In this document: in pieces, positions 50,191 through 60,726 of the stretch
How the letters are laid out: the number at the start of each line of letters is the position of its first letter
Position numbering within the stretch: position 1 is the first letter of the stretch
Assembly: GCA_963806035.1 (NCBI GenBank)
Contig: CAWDWO010000022.1
Location: 11,737-75,736, forward strand
DNA: 64,000 bases
Direction of reading: 5' to 3'
From: Candidatus Krumholzibacteriota bacterium
GTDB taxonomy: Bacteria > Krumholzibacteriota > Krumholzibacteriia > JAJRXK01
The notes under the pieces: model-generated
The model's database searches: none
Seen by the model: only the letters and a program-made list of their open reading frames with translations
What the model was told of the DNA's origin: nothing
Made by a program: the position numbers and the translations under genes

Positions 50191-50718
50191 CTACTGGGGG
50201 TCTTCGTCTTTCAGCTTCTCGAGAGCGGCCCAGCGAGAATCGATTTCATCGTGGGTGCACTCGCAGCTAGTCTCGTTCCAATCCACACCGCACTCGGGAC
50301 ACAGTCCCTTGCAGTCTTCACGGCACAACAGCTTCTGAGGCTCCGCCAGATTCACCGCTTCCAAAAGCGCTTCATCGAGCGAGACGGGGCCCCGCTGTTG
50401 GTGGATGGTCCACGCATCTTGCGCATCCTCCACTTCTTCTCCGCGCGAAGGATTGCGCAGAATCATCAGCTCGAGCTCAGCCGGGGTCGCCAGCTCGAAA
50501 TCGCGGTTGCAACGGTCGCATTTGACGCTCTGCCGCGCCTGAAGGGAGCCGTGCACCAAAATCCTCTGGTCCATGTCGTCGACGACGAGCTCGCCCGCCA
50601 CCGCCACCTTGGTGCCCTGCTCGGGGTCCTCAGGTGCTTCGCACACGAGTTCGGTGTCGAAGGAGAGAACGGATCGGCCCCGTTCCAAACGGTCCAGATT
50701 CAGCTCTACCGCGCTCAA
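50191..50718 (-). CDS. yceD: YceD/DUF177 family protein
   Basis: CDRC, LCREDCKGLCPECG and DSRWAAL; directly upstream of rpmF. Confidence 0.9.
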   Translation of the reverse strand: MSAVELNLDRLERGRSVLSFDTELVCEAPEDPEQGTKVAVAGELVVDDMDQRILVHGSLQARQSVKCDRCNRDFELATPAELELMILRNPSRGEEVEDAQDAWTIHQQRGPVSLDEALLEAVNLAEPQKLLCREDCKGLCPECGVDWNETSCECTHDEIDSRWAALEKLKDEDPQ

Positions 50719-50730
50719 ACCAGGGCTCCT

Positions 50731-50758
50731 AGAGTAATCGTTCCGTGGCCAATGTCAA
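50731..50758 (-). promoter_or_regulatory. Putative sigma-70 promoter for the yceD-rpmF-fab operon
   Basis: TTGACA-N16-TACTCT on the minus strand, overlapping the ndk stop. Confidence 0.45.
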
Positions 50759-51162
50759 AGAGATCCGCCGAAGATCAGCCCGAGTTCGAGCTTGGCGTTC
50801 GGCGGAGAATCGGAGGCGTGGACCGCGTTGTGCGAGAGATCCGTGCCGAAAAGAAAGCGAATCGTGCCGCAGGCGGCCTCCTCGGGGTTGGTTGCTCCCA
50901 CCAGTTCGCGCATCCGGGAGACGGCCTCCTCGCGCTGGCAGTGCACCCCCACCACCGGTCCCGAGCAGATGTACTGCACCAGATCGGCGAAAAAGGGCCG
51001 TTCCCGGTGGACCGCGTAGAACTTCTCGGCCAGAGCGCGCTCCATGGTGAAGCTCTTGATTTTCAACAGCTTGAAGCCGTTGGTCTCGGCCATTGCCAGA
51101 ATGCGTCCCACCTGGCCGGCCTGCACGGCCTCGGGCTTGATCATCATGTAGGTGTCCTGCAC
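50755..51162 (-). CDS. ndk: Nucleoside diphosphate kinase
   Basis: MIKPEAV, HRERPFF, GATNP, GTIR and NAVHASDS. Confidence 0.95.
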   Translation of the reverse strand: MQDTYMMIKPEAVQAGQVGRILAMAETNGFKLLKIKSFTMERALAEKFYAVHRERPFFADLVQYICSGPVVGVHCQREEAVSRMRELVGATNPEEAACGTIRFLFGTDLSHNAVHASDSPPNAKLELGLIFGGSL

Positions 51163-51242
51163 AGCATCTCCCTTTCGTACGACAGGAGCTCCCGCGAACG
51201 GGAGCCCCCAGAATCAGCGAAAATGGTCGGTTCCGCCAGAGT

Positions 51243-52139
51243 CTAGCGGGCCAGGGCGGCCTTGGCCGGCGGGTAGCTCTCCGCCAGCAGCGGCACGAGG
51301 TCGCTCGGCTTGTCCGCCACCTTCACCCCCGCCGCCTCGAAGGCGGCAACCTTGCTCTCAGCGGTCCCCTTGCCGCCGCTCACGATGGCCCCGGCGTGCC
51401 CCATGCGCTTGCCGGGAGGGGCCGTGCGGCCCGCGATGAAGGCCACCACCGGCTTGCTCATTTTTTTCTGGATGTACTCGGCCGCCTTCTCCTCGTCATC
51501 GCCGCCGATCTCCCCGATGAGCACCACCGCCTCGGTGTCGGGGTCGCTTTCGAAAGCGGTCAGGCAATCCAGGAAGTCCGTCCCGACGATCGGGTCGCCT
51601 CCAATTCCGATACAGGTGCTCTGGCCGAGTCCGTTTCGCGTGAGCTGATCCACGACTTCGTAGGTCAGGGTGCCACTACGGCTCACCACTCCCACCTTGC
51701 CCTCGGCGGTGATCTGCGCCGGTAAGATGCCCACTTTGGACTGCCCCGGACTCAAGATCCCCGGACAGTTGGGGCCGATGAGGCGCGCGCCCTTCTCTTT
51801 CACATAGGCGTAGGTGACGGCCATGTCGTTGACCGGCACTCCCTCGGAGATACAGACGACCGTCTTACAGCCTGCATCCACCGCTTCCATGATGGCGTCG
51901 GTGGCGAAGGCCGCGGGCACGTAGATGACGCTGGTGTTCGCCCCGGTTTCCGCCACTGCTTCGCGCACGGTATTGAAGATGGGAACTTTGTCCTCGAAGA
52001 GCTGGCCACCCTTGCCGGGAGTGACTCCCGCCACGACCGCGGTTCCGTAGTCCATCATCTGCTGGGTGTGAAAGGAACCATCGCGACCGGTGATTCCCTG
52101 GACGACGAGCTTGGTGTCCTTGTTGACGAAGATGCTCAT
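51243..52139 (-). CDS. sucD: Succinyl-CoA synthetase alpha subunit
   Basis: [21 protein letters not shown] and MGHAGA. Confidence 0.96.
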   Translation of the reverse strand: MSIFVNKDTKLVVQGITGRDGSFHTQQMMDYGTAVVAGVTPGKGGQLFEDKVPIFNTVREAVAETGANTSVIYVPAAFATDAIMEAVDAGCKTVVCISEGVPVNDMAVTYAYVKEKGARLIGPNCPGILSPGQSKVGILPAQITAEGKVGVVSRSGTLTYEVVDQLTRNGLGQSTCIGIGGDPIVGTDFLDCLTAFESDPDTEAVVLIGEIGGDDEEKAAEYIQKKMSKPVVAFIAGRTAPPGKRMGHAGAIVSGGKGTAESKVAAFEAAGVKVADKPSDLVPLLAESYPPAKAALAR

Positions 52140-52140
52140 G

Positions 52141-53280
52141 CTACTTGCCCTCCCCTGCCAGTTGAAGCGCCAGCTGGACCGCTTCGTCCATGGTCTCGGC
52201 GGGATGCAGCTTGCTGCCCTGCAGCATCTCCCTCGCCTTTTTCTCGTTGGTCCCGGTCAGCCGCACCACGATGGGCACCGGTACGTCCATGATTTCGACT
52301 GCTCGCAGGAGTCCCGCCGCCACGTCGTCGCAGCGCGTGATGCCTCCGAAGATGTTGAAGAGAATCGCCTTCACGTTCTCGTCGCGAAGAATGATCTTCA
52401 TCGCGGTGACGACTTTCTCGGGATTTGAGGATCCGCCGATGTCCAGAAAGTTCGCCGGTTGCCCTCCGAAGAATTTCACGAGATCCATCGTCGCCATGGC
52501 GAGGCCCGCTCCGTTGACGAGGCATCCCACGTTTCCTTCCAGCTTCACGAAGCTGAGTCCGGCCTCCTTGGCTTCGACTTCACTGCGATCCTCTTCGGCG
52601 AGGTCGCGCATGGCCGCGATGCGCTTCTGACGATAGAGCGCGCTGTCGTCGATGTTCAGCTTGGCATCCACCGCCCACACCGCGCCGTCCTTGCTCTTGA
52701 CGAAGGGATTGATCTCGACCAGCGAAGCGTCGCTGTCCTTGTAGACTCTGTAGAGAGTCAGAAGAGCCTTGGTCATCCCCTTGATCACGGCGGGATCAGA
52801 GCTCACCCGGAAAGCGAGATCACGAACTTGATAGGCCTGCGCGCCGTAGCGCGGATCCACCACGAGTGTGTGGATCTTCTCCGGAGCGGTGGCAGCGACC
52901 TCTTCGATGTCCACTCCGCCGGCCGCGGAGACGATGAACATGGGCCGCTTGCTCGCGCGATCCATCAGGAGTCCGACGTAGTACTCCTCGTCGATGTCCA
53001 CGGCCTCGGTGATCAGGACCTTCTGCACGGTGAGACCTTTGATGTCCATTCCCAGGATCGCGGCCGCGTATTCCTTGGCCTGCGCCGCGTCCTTCGCGTA
53101 CTTCACCCCTCCCGCCTTGCCTCGACCACCCACGTGAACTTGCGCTTTCACCATGACCGCGCCGCCAATTTCCTTGGCGATGGATTCGGCCTCTTCGACG
53201 CTGGTAGCGACTTTCCCTTTGGGCACGGGCAGCCCGTGCTCCACGAAAATGTCCTTCGCCTGATATTCGTGAACCTTCAA
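52141..53280 (-). CDS. sucC: Succinyl-CoA synthetase beta subunit
   Basis: [26 protein letters not shown] and NIFGGI.RCD. Confidence 0.96.
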   Translation of the reverse strand: MKVHEYQAKDIFVEHGLPVPKGKVATSVEEAESIAKEIGGAVMVKAQVHVGGRGKAGGVKYAKDAAQAKEYAAAILGMDIKGLTVQKVLITEAVDIDEEYYVGLLMDRASKRPMFIVSAAGGVDIEEVAATAPEKIHTLVVDPRYGAQAYQVRDLAFRVSSDPAVIKGMTKALLTLYRVYKDSDASLVEINPFVKSKDGAVWAVDAKLNIDDSALYRQKRIAAMRDLAEEDRSEVEAKEAGLSFVKLEGNVGCLVNGAGLAMATMDLVKFFGGQPANFLDIGGSSNPEKVVTAMKIILRDENVKAILFNIFGGITRCDDVAAGLLRAVEIMDVPVPIVVRLTGTNEKKAREMLQGSKLHPAETMDEAVQLALQLAGEGK

Positions 53281-53807
53281 AGCTCTTCCTTCTTTCCGCG
53301 GGGGATCTCCCCGCGCATGCGAGCCAGAATCTGCGTGGTCGAAAGACCCGATACCATGGAGAGTCGGATGACTCTCCCACCCCAGCTCTTCACCTCGTGA
53401 CTGCCCACGATTTCCTCTTCCTCATACTCGCCGCCCTTGGCGAGAACGTCCGGCCGCACCTCGAGAATGGTGGGGAGCGAAGTCGTGGCCGCGAAAATAG
53501 TTACCGCTGAAACCGCGCGCAAGGCACGGAGCAGGAGCGCGCGTACCGCTTCCTCGTAGAAGGGTCTGCCCTCGCCCTTCAAGGAGCGCACGCTCTCATC
53601 GTCGTTGAGCGCCACCAGCAGCGTGTCTCCCAGAGCCCTCGCTTCGATGAGGGAGGAGACATGACCTGGGTGCAGGAGATCGAAACAACCGTTCGTGAAG
53701 ACGATCGAATGCCCCTTGCGCCGCTGCGCCTCGGCCCATTCGCCCAGCTCGTCCGGCTCGAGCAGTGGCGCGAGCTCGGTGGGGCGCAGGATCTCCTCGG
53801 GACTCAT
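53277..53807 (-). CDS. rfaE2: D-glycero-beta-D-manno-heptose 1-phosphate adenylyltransferase
   Basis: FTNGCFDLLHPGH, NDDESVR.LKG..RP, KGGEY and STT. Confidence 0.9.
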   Translation of the reverse strand: MSPEEILRPTELAPLLEPDELGEWAEAQRRKGHSIVFTNGCFDLLHPGHVSSLIEARALGDTLLVALNDDESVRSLKGEGRPFYEEAVRALLLRALRAVSAVTIFAATTSLPTILEVRPDVLAKGGEYEEEEIVGSHEVKSWGGRVIRLSMVSGLSTTQILARMRGEIPRGKKEEL

Positions 53808-54805
53808 TCTGCCGCTCCCGCGAGGCGATTCCAGGCCCGCCGCAGCCCGGCCGGGTCGACCACCGTGGTTCCCAGGGAGGCGACCGCGACTCCGGCCGCC
53901 GCGTTGGCCAGTCGTGTGGCGAGTTCGGGGCTCTGCTGTGCAGCCAATACGGCGGTGAAGACCGCGATGACGGTGTCGCCGGCGCCCGTGACGTCGTAGA
54001 CCTCCCGTGCCACCGTGGGAAAGTGATGCACGCGCTCGTCCGCCTGCAAGAGGCAGATCCCGTTCTCACCGCGGGTGAGCAGGATCAAATCGGTTTGAAG
54101 ACGCCGTAGCAAAATTGCTCCCACCCGCGCCGCGTCCGCATCGTCTTCGATCTGCTCGTGACACGCGCTCGCGGCTTCCTTCTCGTTGGGGGTGATCGCA
54201 TTCACTCCTCGATACAGTTCGAAATTTCCCTGCTTGGGATCGACGACGACGATGCTGCCCGCTTCGTGCCAGGCTCGCATGAGCGTCATGAGTTCCTCGT
54301 TCACCACGCCCTTGCCGTAATCGGAAACCACCACCGCGCTGAAGGGTCCCTCCTCTTTCAGACGCTTTAGCAGCCGATCGAGATCGGGACCCTCCAGATT
54401 TCCCGGAGTCTCCCGGTCGATGCGTACGACCTGCTGGTTGCCGGCCATGATTCGCGTCTTGAGAGTGGTACAGCGCGACTCGCTGCGAACCATTCCCCGG
54501 CCATGGATTCCGCGCGCGGCGAGCAGAGCGTTCAGATGCTCGGCAGCGGGGTCGTCACCGTAGAGAGAGAAGAGATGAGTTTGGACGCCCAGCGCGGCGA
54601 GGTTGGCCGCGACGTTCGCCGCGCCCCCCAGGCGCTCCTCTTCGTGACGAACGTGCACCACCGGAACGGGCGCCTCCGGAGAGATCCGGTCGACGCGACC
54701 TCGCACGAAGCGGTCGAGCATGCAGTCGCCGACCACGGCGAGGCGCAGGGAGTTCATACGCGAAAGGACGGAGAGCCCTTCCTCATGAGTCGATGCGTCG
54801 AGCAT
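53804..54805 (-). CDS. rfaE1: D-glycero-beta-D-manno-heptose 7-phosphate kinase
   Basis: GDCMLD, RISPEAPVPV, GGAANVA, SDYGKG and DVTGAGDT. Confidence 0.92.
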   Translation of the reverse strand: MLDASTHEEGLSVLSRMNSLRLAVVGDCMLDRFVRGRVDRISPEAPVPVVHVRHEEERLGGAANVAANLAALGVQTHLFSLYGDDPAAEHLNALLAARGIHGRGMVRSESRCTTLKTRIMAGNQQVVRIDRETPGNLEGPDLDRLLKRLKEEGPFSAVVVSDYGKGVVNEELMTLMRAWHEAGSIVVVDPKQGNFELYRGVNAITPNEKEAASACHEQIEDDADAARVGAILLRRLQTDLILLTRGENGICLLQADERVHHFPTVAREVYDVTGAGDTVIAVFTAVLAAQQSPELATRLANAAAGVAVASLGTTVVDPAGLRRAWNRLAGAAE

Positions 54806-54885
54806 TGCGAAAATCCAGGGGAATGAAGGAGAGAGCGCGGGTCACGAGCGCCCGGCACCCTAGCGGTCGGGCGAAACCCGCACGC

Positions 54886-54914
54886 AGGATAGGCGCCCTC
54901 TGAGCGACTGTCAA
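54886..54914 (-). promoter_or_regulatory. Putative sigma-70 promoter for rfaE1-rfaE2-sucCD
   Basis: TTGACA-N17-TATCCT on the minus strand in the divergent gap. A TTGACC-N18-TAGGGT candidate faces the + strand gene. Confidence 0.55.
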
Positions 54915-54992
54915 CGCGGCCGGCGGCCCCGCTTGACCTCCTGCCCATTGGGGCGCTAGGGTTCCGCCACCCCAACGCGAGGAAGAACCGTC

Positions 54993-55319
54993 ATGAACAA
55001 ACCCACCTCACAGATCAAAGTGGACATCGACCCCCAGGTGATCGAGGGCACTTACTCCAATCTCGCGTTCTGCCATCTGAGTCCCAGCGAGTTCATTCTG
55101 GACTTTGCCCGGCTCATGCCCGGGCCGCCTCAGGCGAAAGTGCATTCGCGTATCATCCTGACTCCACAGGCGGCGAAGGCGGTGACGCGGCTCTTGCAGG
55201 ACAACCTGAAGCGTTACGAGGACCAGCACGGAGAAATCAAGATGGCCGGCGGGGAGAATGCCGCGCCAATCGGATTCGCGCCCGCCGACGTGCCACCCAG
55301 GGGCCAACCTTCCTCCTGA
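54993..55319 (+). CDS. DUF3467-like small protein
   Basis: GTYSNL....S..EFILDF..L.PG.PQAKV.SRIILTP..AK...LL.DN...YE..HGEI pattern, with a GAGGA RBS. Confidence 0.85.
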   Translation: MNKPTSQIKVDIDPQVIEGTYSNLAFCHLSPSEFILDFARLMPGPPQAKVHSRIILTPQAAKAVTRLLQDNLKRYEDQHGEIKMAGGENAAPIGFAPADVPPRGQPSS

Positions 55320-55334
55320 GGAAGACCTCGCGCC

Positions 55335-56283
55335 TCAGGAAGCGGTCCCCTCCCCTGACGAATAGGGGTCGCTTTCGGCCGGGGGCTGGGTCTTCCAGCG
55401 TCGATGCACCCAGTAGTAGTTTTCGGGATAGGCGCGCACCCAGCGTTCCAGGTCTCTGGTGAAGAGTTGGGTGAGACGCCGCACCTCCTCCTCTTCCGGC
55501 GCAGCGGGATCGGGGAAAGATGGGCGGCTCGACCACCGCGTGATGCGTGCCGTCGGGCAAGCGGCGGACGTAGCCCTGAACGATCGGAACGTTGGCTTTC
55601 CATGCGAAGAAGGCGGGGCCCTTGAAAGTGGAAGCGGGTCTGCCCAGAAAGTCCACGAAGACTCCGTGCCGGCCCGCGTTCTGATCGGGGAGAATTCCCA
55701 CCAGGTGACCGCGCCGCAGAGCGCGCAGCACTCCGCGCGCCACCAGCGGTCCCTGCTTCACGATCTCGATTCCTCCGGCGGCGCGCAGGCGGTTCTGCAT
55801 CTTGGAGGCGAGCGGGTTGGATTGCTCCTTCACCAGGAAAGTAGTGGGATAACCCCGCGCCACGAAGGCCGCGCCGAAAAGCTCCCAATTGCCGTAGTGC
55901 CCGGTGACCAAAATCGCGCCCCGGCCCGGAGTGCTCAGGGCGGACTCGAGGTGTTCGAGTCCCTCGAAGCTGACGATCTCCTTCAGCTCCTCTTTCTTCG
56001 TGCGAGAGAGCGAAGCAAACTCCAGGAGAGTGCCCACCAGCTGCGCGTAAGACTGGCGCGCGAGTTCGACCAGTTCCTTCTCGCTCTTCTCCTTGCCAAA
56101 GACGAAGCGCAAGTTGGCGAGCGCGACCTCACGTCGAATTCGCAAGACGTCGAAGACGAAGCGGCCCAGCCACTCGCCGACCCGAATGAAACGCCGGCGA
56201 GGCAGGGTTCGGCCCAGGATGTAGGCCAGGTACAGTCCCGCATACTCGACGCGATGCTTGAATGTCGGTTTTCGTTCCGCCAT
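55335..56283 (-). pseudogene. Lipid A late acyltransferase (LpxL/HtrB family) with a 1-nt insertion near 55512-55518 (real or assembly error)
   Basis: TGHYGNWE, LPDQN and VDFLGRPA motifs. The conserved C-terminus RAYPENYYWVHRRWKT is in the +1 frame after TTTCCCC and ends at TGA 55335-55337. Confidence 0.85.
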
Positions 56284-56346
56284 GGAGCGTCCGTCCCTTA
56301 AGAGTCGTGCGGACTCTAGGCAGCTCCTCCACCTTTCGGCAAGGCT

Positions 56347-57426
56347 TTAGCAGTTTCCCCCGCTTCGGCCCGTGGCGAGATACCGTCCGCCCGCCACGCG
56401 GCGCACCTGTCCCTCAAATTCGAGCTGGGCCAGTTCCGCCAGGACGCGCGAGAGTTCCATTCCCTGCATGCGTGCGATTTCGGCCGGGCTGAGCGGCCGG
56501 TGCAGGCCCAGAGGAATCTCCAGCTGTTCGGCCGTTTCGTGACGACCGAGCTCTTGCAGAACGTCAGACGCGCCGCGCGCCAGACCGGCCCCGTCCTTGA
56601 GGAGGGCCAGACAACCTTCGTAGGCCGGGTCCTCGGCGGATCCGGGAAAGGCCATCACCTCCCTTCCCAACTCGTTGGCGAACTCGGCGGTGATGAGCGC
56701 GCCGCTCCTCTTCCCCGCCTCGACGACCACCACCAGAGAGGACAGCGCCGCGATGAGCCGGTTGCGCGCCACGAAGTGCCAGGGCCGCGCGCCGGTTCCC
56801 GGCGGGTATTCGCTGACGAGACAGCCCCTGCGCGCGACTTCCTCCTGCAGCTCGGCATGAGCCGGCGGATAGGCTTCATCGAAGCCGGTGCCCAATACGG
56901 CCACCGGCCTACCGTTGCCCGCCAGACAACCCTCGTGCGCGAAGCGGTCCACTCCCCGCGCGAGTCCGCTCACCACCGGAAGTTTGGCCGTGGCCAGGGC
57001 GCGTCCCAATCGGCTCGCGGCCGCTTTGGCATCGGGGGAAGCGCGACGCGTGCCCACCACTGCCACCTTCTCCTCTTCGCGGAGCAGCTGCGGATTCCCG
57101 CGCACGAACAGAGCGGGCGGGGGTTGATGCAAATTGAGAAGTGTCCGCGGATACTCGCTCTGCGCGGGGACGAGAACCCTCCCCCCGTGACGCCGGGTGG
57201 CGCGGAGGACCTCGTCGGCCCAGCGTAGTCTGCCCGCGCTCCCCGCGCGCGTGCGCAGCAAATGCAGGAGGGTGTCGGGAAGCTCCTCCTCCTTCAAAAG
57301 GACGCTGAGAAAACTTCGATACTGGCTGGGTGGGAGAAGAAGCCCCTGCACCCATGCCCTCGGTGGCAACACGAACGCTTTCCTGACCGGGAGGGCAAGA
57401 AGACTCTGCGGGCCCGCAGCGCGCAC
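56347..57426 (-). CDS. dprA: DNA-processing protein DprA
   Basis: YP..L...PP.LF.RG, AVVGTR, VSGLARGVD, HFVARNRLIAALS, VVEAG..SGALITA and a C-terminal winged helix. Confidence 0.93.
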   Translation of the reverse strand: MRAAGPQSLLALPVRKAFVLPPRAWVQGLLLPPSQYRSFLSVLLKEEELPDTLLHLLRTRAGSAGRLRWADEVLRATRRHGGRVLVPAQSEYPRTLLNLHQPPPALFVRGNPQLLREEEKVAVVGTRRASPDAKAAASRLGRALATAKLPVVSGLARGVDRFAHEGCLAGNGRPVAVLGTGFDEAYPPAHAELQEEVARRGCLVSEYPPGTGARPWHFVARNRLIAALSSLVVVVEAGKRSGALITAEFANELGREVMAFPGSAEDPAYEGCLALLKDGAGLARGASDVLQELGRHETAEQLEIPLGLHRPLSPAEIARMQGMELSRVLAELAQLEFEGQVRRVAGGRYLATGRSGGNC

Positions 57427-57444
57427 CCCGCAGAGCGAGCCCGG

Positions 57445-58431
57445 CTAGGACTCGGACGGGGCGGCGGCGGAGAGCTTCTGCTTGATGAGAGACTTCAACG
57501 TTTTGATTCCCAAGCCAGTTACCGAGGAGATCTCGAGTATTTTCTCGCCCTCGATCTCCGGCAGCTTTTGCGCGGGGTCGGCCAGATCCATCTTGCTGAA
57601 GCAGAGGATGCGCGGCAGCTGCAGGAGCGGCCCTCCGTAGCTCTTCAGCTCCTTCAGGAGACTCTCGTAGCGCACTCGGGGCTCGTCGCCCTGGTCGAGG
57701 AGAAACACGAGCAAGCGAGTTCGCTCGATGTGACGCAGGAAGGCGTGACCCAGTCCCTTCCCCTCGCTTGCGCCTTCGATGAGACCGGGGATGTCGGCCA
57801 GGGTGCACGAGCGGTAGTCCCCCAGATCCACGATGCCGAGATTGGGAACCAGAGTCGTGAAGGGATAGTCCGCGATCTTGGGACGCGCGCTGGAAAGAAC
57901 CGAGAGCAGAGTGCTTTTGCCCGCGTTGGGAAAGCCGACGAGCCCCACGTCGGCCAGGAGTTTCAACTCCAGGCGCAAGCGCCGTTCCTGCCCGGGACGT
58001 CCCGCATCGGCTCTGCGCGGGGCCTGGTTGGTCGCAGTCGCGAAGCGCGAGTTCCCGCGTCCACCCTTTCCTCCCTCCGCGGCCTTCAACTCCTGTCCCG
58101 GGCTGACCAGGTCGCCGATGAGTTCCCCGCTCTCGTCGTCGTAGATCAGGGTGCCGCAGGGAACCTTGATGATCTCGTCGGGACCGGCGGCCCCGCTGCG
58201 ATTGTTGCCTTCTCCCGCATTCCCGTTGGGAGCGCGGTAGCGCCTTCGGTAGCGAAAGTCGAGCAGGGTGGCCACGTTGGGATCCGCGCGCAGGATGATA
58301 GAGCCTCCGCGCCCCCCGTCTCCCCCGTTGGGTCCACCGCGCGGAACGTAGGGCTCACGCCGGAAGGAAATGCAACCCGGGCCGCCGTTTCCGGCAGCGA
58401 CTTCAACTGTCACTTGATCGACGAACTGCAT
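57445..58431 (-). CDS. obgE: GTPase Obg/CgtA
   Basis: Gly-rich Obg domain, GFPNAGKS, DYPFTT, DIPG and SKMD. Confidence 0.96.
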   Translation of the reverse strand: MQFVDQVTVEVAAGNGGPGCISFRREPYVPRGGPNGGDGGRGGSIILRADPNVATLLDFRYRRRYRAPNGNAGEGNNRSGAAGPDEIIKVPCGTLIYDDESGELIGDLVSPGQELKAAEGGKGGRGNSRFATATNQAPRRADAGRPGQERRLRLELKLLADVGLVGFPNAGKSTLLSVLSSARPKIADYPFTTLVPNLGIVDLGDYRSCTLADIPGLIEGASEGKGLGHAFLRHIERTRLLVFLLDQGDEPRVRYESLLKELKSYGGPLLQLPRILCFSKMDLADPAQKLPEIEGEKILEISSVTGLGIKTLKSLIKQKLSAAAPSES

Positions 58432-58488
58432 GCTGATCCCAAAGGGACGAGAGACTCACGGAAGGCTGAGCCAAGATACGACCGAATC

Positions 58489-59673
58489 TCAGAGCTGCGC
58501 TAGCGCGAATGCCAGCCGCGCAAAGGACTCCTCGAGCACGGCTTCGCTGGCCGCGAAGCTCAAGCGCAGATATCCGGGCTGTCCGAAGGCATCACCCGGC
58601 ACGAGCACCAGATTGTGTTCCTCGAGCAGCCATTGGGCGAGGCTCAGAGTGTCCTGGGCCGGTCCCTTGGAGCCGAGGTAGTTCGAGAGGTCCAGGAAGA
58701 GATAGAACGCTCCCTCCGGCTCGTGCGCGCTGAGCCCGGGGACGCCGGCAAGCAGATCGAGCACCAGGGCGCGACGCCTGACGAAGGTCGAAAGCAGCGG
58801 CGCGATGAGATCCCGCCGCCGCAAAGCGGTGATTGCCGCCTGCTGCGTGAGGGCAGCGATGTGACTGGTGGTATGGCCCTGCAGCCTGGTCATGGCCGCG
58901 GTCCACCACTTGGGAGCGATGGAAAACCCGACCCGCCATCCTGTCATCGCGAAGCCCTTGGAGAGTCCGGTGACGACACAGCAGCGATCGAAGAGTTGAG
59001 GCACGAGATGAAGCGGGCTCAGGTGGCCCCTCTCCTCGTACACGATGTCTTCGTAGATCTCATCACTCACCAGCAAGGTTCCGCTCTCCTGCACGAGCTC
59101 GGCGAGAGTTCGCATGGTTGCCGCGTCAAACGCTGCTCCAGTGGGATTGCAGGGCGAGTTGATCAGTAGAAGCTTGACTCCCCGCGAGAGGACGCGCTTC
59201 AAGACCGCGAAATCGGGACGGAATGCGTTTTCGGCGGGACACGGCACCAGCTCGACCTGAAGTCCCAGGGCATGAGCCTGCTCGACGTAGGACACCCAGT
59301 AGGGCTGCAGGACCGCGATCGTGTCGCCCGGATCGGTCACTGTCGCCAATGCGTTGAAGAGGGCTTGCTTGGCTCCCTGCGTGGCCATGGTCATCGAGGG
59401 CTCGACCGGGAGCTTCAAACGCTGACTGTAGACTTCGGCGATGGCAGCCAGCAGAGCGGGCACCCCAGCGGTGGGCGTATAGTGGAAATGACCCTCGTCG
59501 AGCGCGCGCCGCGCCGCCTCCACGACCGGCTCGGGAGTGTTCATGTCGGGCTCCCCCAAGCTCAAGTCGAGAATGGGCTTGCCCTCGGCCTTCAACTTTT
59601 TGGCCAGAGTACTGAGCGTGAAGGTCACGCTGGGCCGCACCGCGACCGCGCGACGGCTGAGATACTCACTCAT
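58489..59673 (-). CDS. PLP-dependent class I aminotransferase (aspartate aminotransferase-like)
   Basis: GEPD, GAKQA, PYWVSY, NSPCNPTG, SDEIY and SKGFAMTGWRVG. Confidence 0.92.
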   Translation of the reverse strand: MSEYLSRRAVAVRPSVTFTLSTLAKKLKAEGKPILDLSLGEPDMNTPEPVVEAARRALDEGHFHYTPTAGVPALLAAIAEVYSQRLKLPVEPSMTMATQGAKQALFNALATVTDPGDTIAVLQPYWVSYVEQAHALGLQVELVPCPAENAFRPDFAVLKRVLSRGVKLLLINSPCNPTGAAFDAATMRTLAELVQESGTLLVSDEIYEDIVYEERGHLSPLHLVPQLFDRCCVVTGLSKGFAMTGWRVGFSIAPKWWTAAMTRLQGHTTSHIAALTQQAAITALRRRDLIAPLLSTFVRRRALVLDLLAGVPGLSAHEPEGAFYLFLDLSNYLGSKGPAQDTLSLAQWLLEEHNLVLVPGDAFGQPGYLRLSFAASEAVLEESFARLAFALAQL

Positions 59674-59676
59674 GGT

Positions 59677-60717
59677 TCAATTACGCTCCCCACAGAGGAT
59701 GGCCAGACACACCGTGTTCACGATGTCAGAGGCGCTCGCCCCCCGGCTGAGATCAAAGATGGGAAACGCAAGTCCTTGAACCAAAGGACCAATTGCTTCA
59801 AACGCTCCCAGACGCTGCGTCAACTTGTAGGCGATGTTCCCCGCGTTGAGATCGGGGAACAGGAGGACGTCCGCCATTCCCGTGACTTCGCTTCCGGAGC
59901 ATTTCTTCCGGGCCACCTCGGGAAGCAAGGCTGCATCGAGCTGCAACTCCCCATCCGCCACGATCCCACGCGCTTTCAGCGCAGCAGCCACGCGCGCCAT
60001 CTTGTCCGCGCTCGGATGTTCCGCGCTGCCGTGCGTGCTGAAGGAAAGACAGGCAACCCTCGGCTTGCGCGAGAGCAAACGTTCGTAAGTCCGAACGGAG
60101 GAGACGCCAATGGAGACGAGTTGCTCCTCACTGGGCTCGGGCACGACGGCACTGTCGGCGAAGAGCAGGGGACGCTCCAACCAGTGAGCTTTTGGAGGCA
60201 CCATGAGGAAGGAACCGCTCACCACCTCGATCCCCTCGCGCAGGCCCGCATGGTAGAGGCCGGCGCGGATGACTTCCGAAGTGGGACTTACCGCACCCGC
60301 CACCATGGCGTCAGCCTGCCCCATCGCCACCATTCCCGCTCCCAGATGAAGGGGATCATGGGCGAGAACGAGCGACTCTCCCTGGCTGAGTCCGCGCGTG
60401 CGCCGTCTTTCGAACAACCGCTCCGCCACGATGGCACTGAGAGAATTTTCCTTGGGATCCAGGATTTCGAATTCCTGTGGATCGGCATCCTGCGCGCCGA
60501 GCAGAGCCTTGACCCTGCCGGAAGCGCCCACCAGCACCGCCTGCGCGAGATCCAGCGCGCGCAGAACGCAAGCCGCCGCGACGGTGCGTTCATCCTCGCC
60601 TTCGGGGAGAACGACACGCGCCTTATGCTCTGCCGCTCGCGCGCGTAGCTGAGCCAGCAGGTGGGTCTCTCGTCTCAGTCGACTGGTAATTTCCGCGGCG
60701 TGCTCGCCCATGCCCAT
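59677..60717 (-). CDS. pta: Phosphate acetyltransferase (short PTA form)
   Basis: VLPEGED.R, LSFSTHGS, DGELQLDAA, FPDLNAGNIAYK and DLSRG. Confidence 0.88.
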   Translation of the reverse strand: MGMGEHAAEITSRLRRETHLLAQLRARAAEHKARVVLPEGEDERTVAAACVLRALDLAQAVLVGASGRVKALLGAQDADPQEFEILDPKENSLSAIVAERLFERRRTRGLSQGESLVLAHDPLHLGAGMVAMGQADAMVAGAVSPTSEVIRAGLYHAGLREGIEVVSGSFLMVPPKAHWLERPLLFADSAVVPEPSEEQLVSIGVSSVRTYERLLSRKPRVACLSFSTHGSAEHPSADKMARVAAALKARGIVADGELQLDAALLPEVARKKCSGSEVTGMADVLLFPDLNAGNIAYKLTQRLGAFEAIGPLVQGLAFPIFDLSRGASASDIVNTVCLAILCGERN

Positions 60718-60726
60718 CCCTTTCGC

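Noticed and set aside
51188..51236. GCTCCCG-TTCG-CGGGAGC hairpin and a GGAACC-N16-TCTG sigma-E-like motif between sucD and ndk
   Set aside because: The hairpin is short with no U-tract, and the -10 box does not match the CGTA seen at the other two sites. Too weak to call.
57445..58431. Short ObgE without a long C-terminal domain and without adjacent rplU-rpmA
   Set aside because: The Obg C-terminus and gene context vary widely among bacteria, and there is no sign of truncation.
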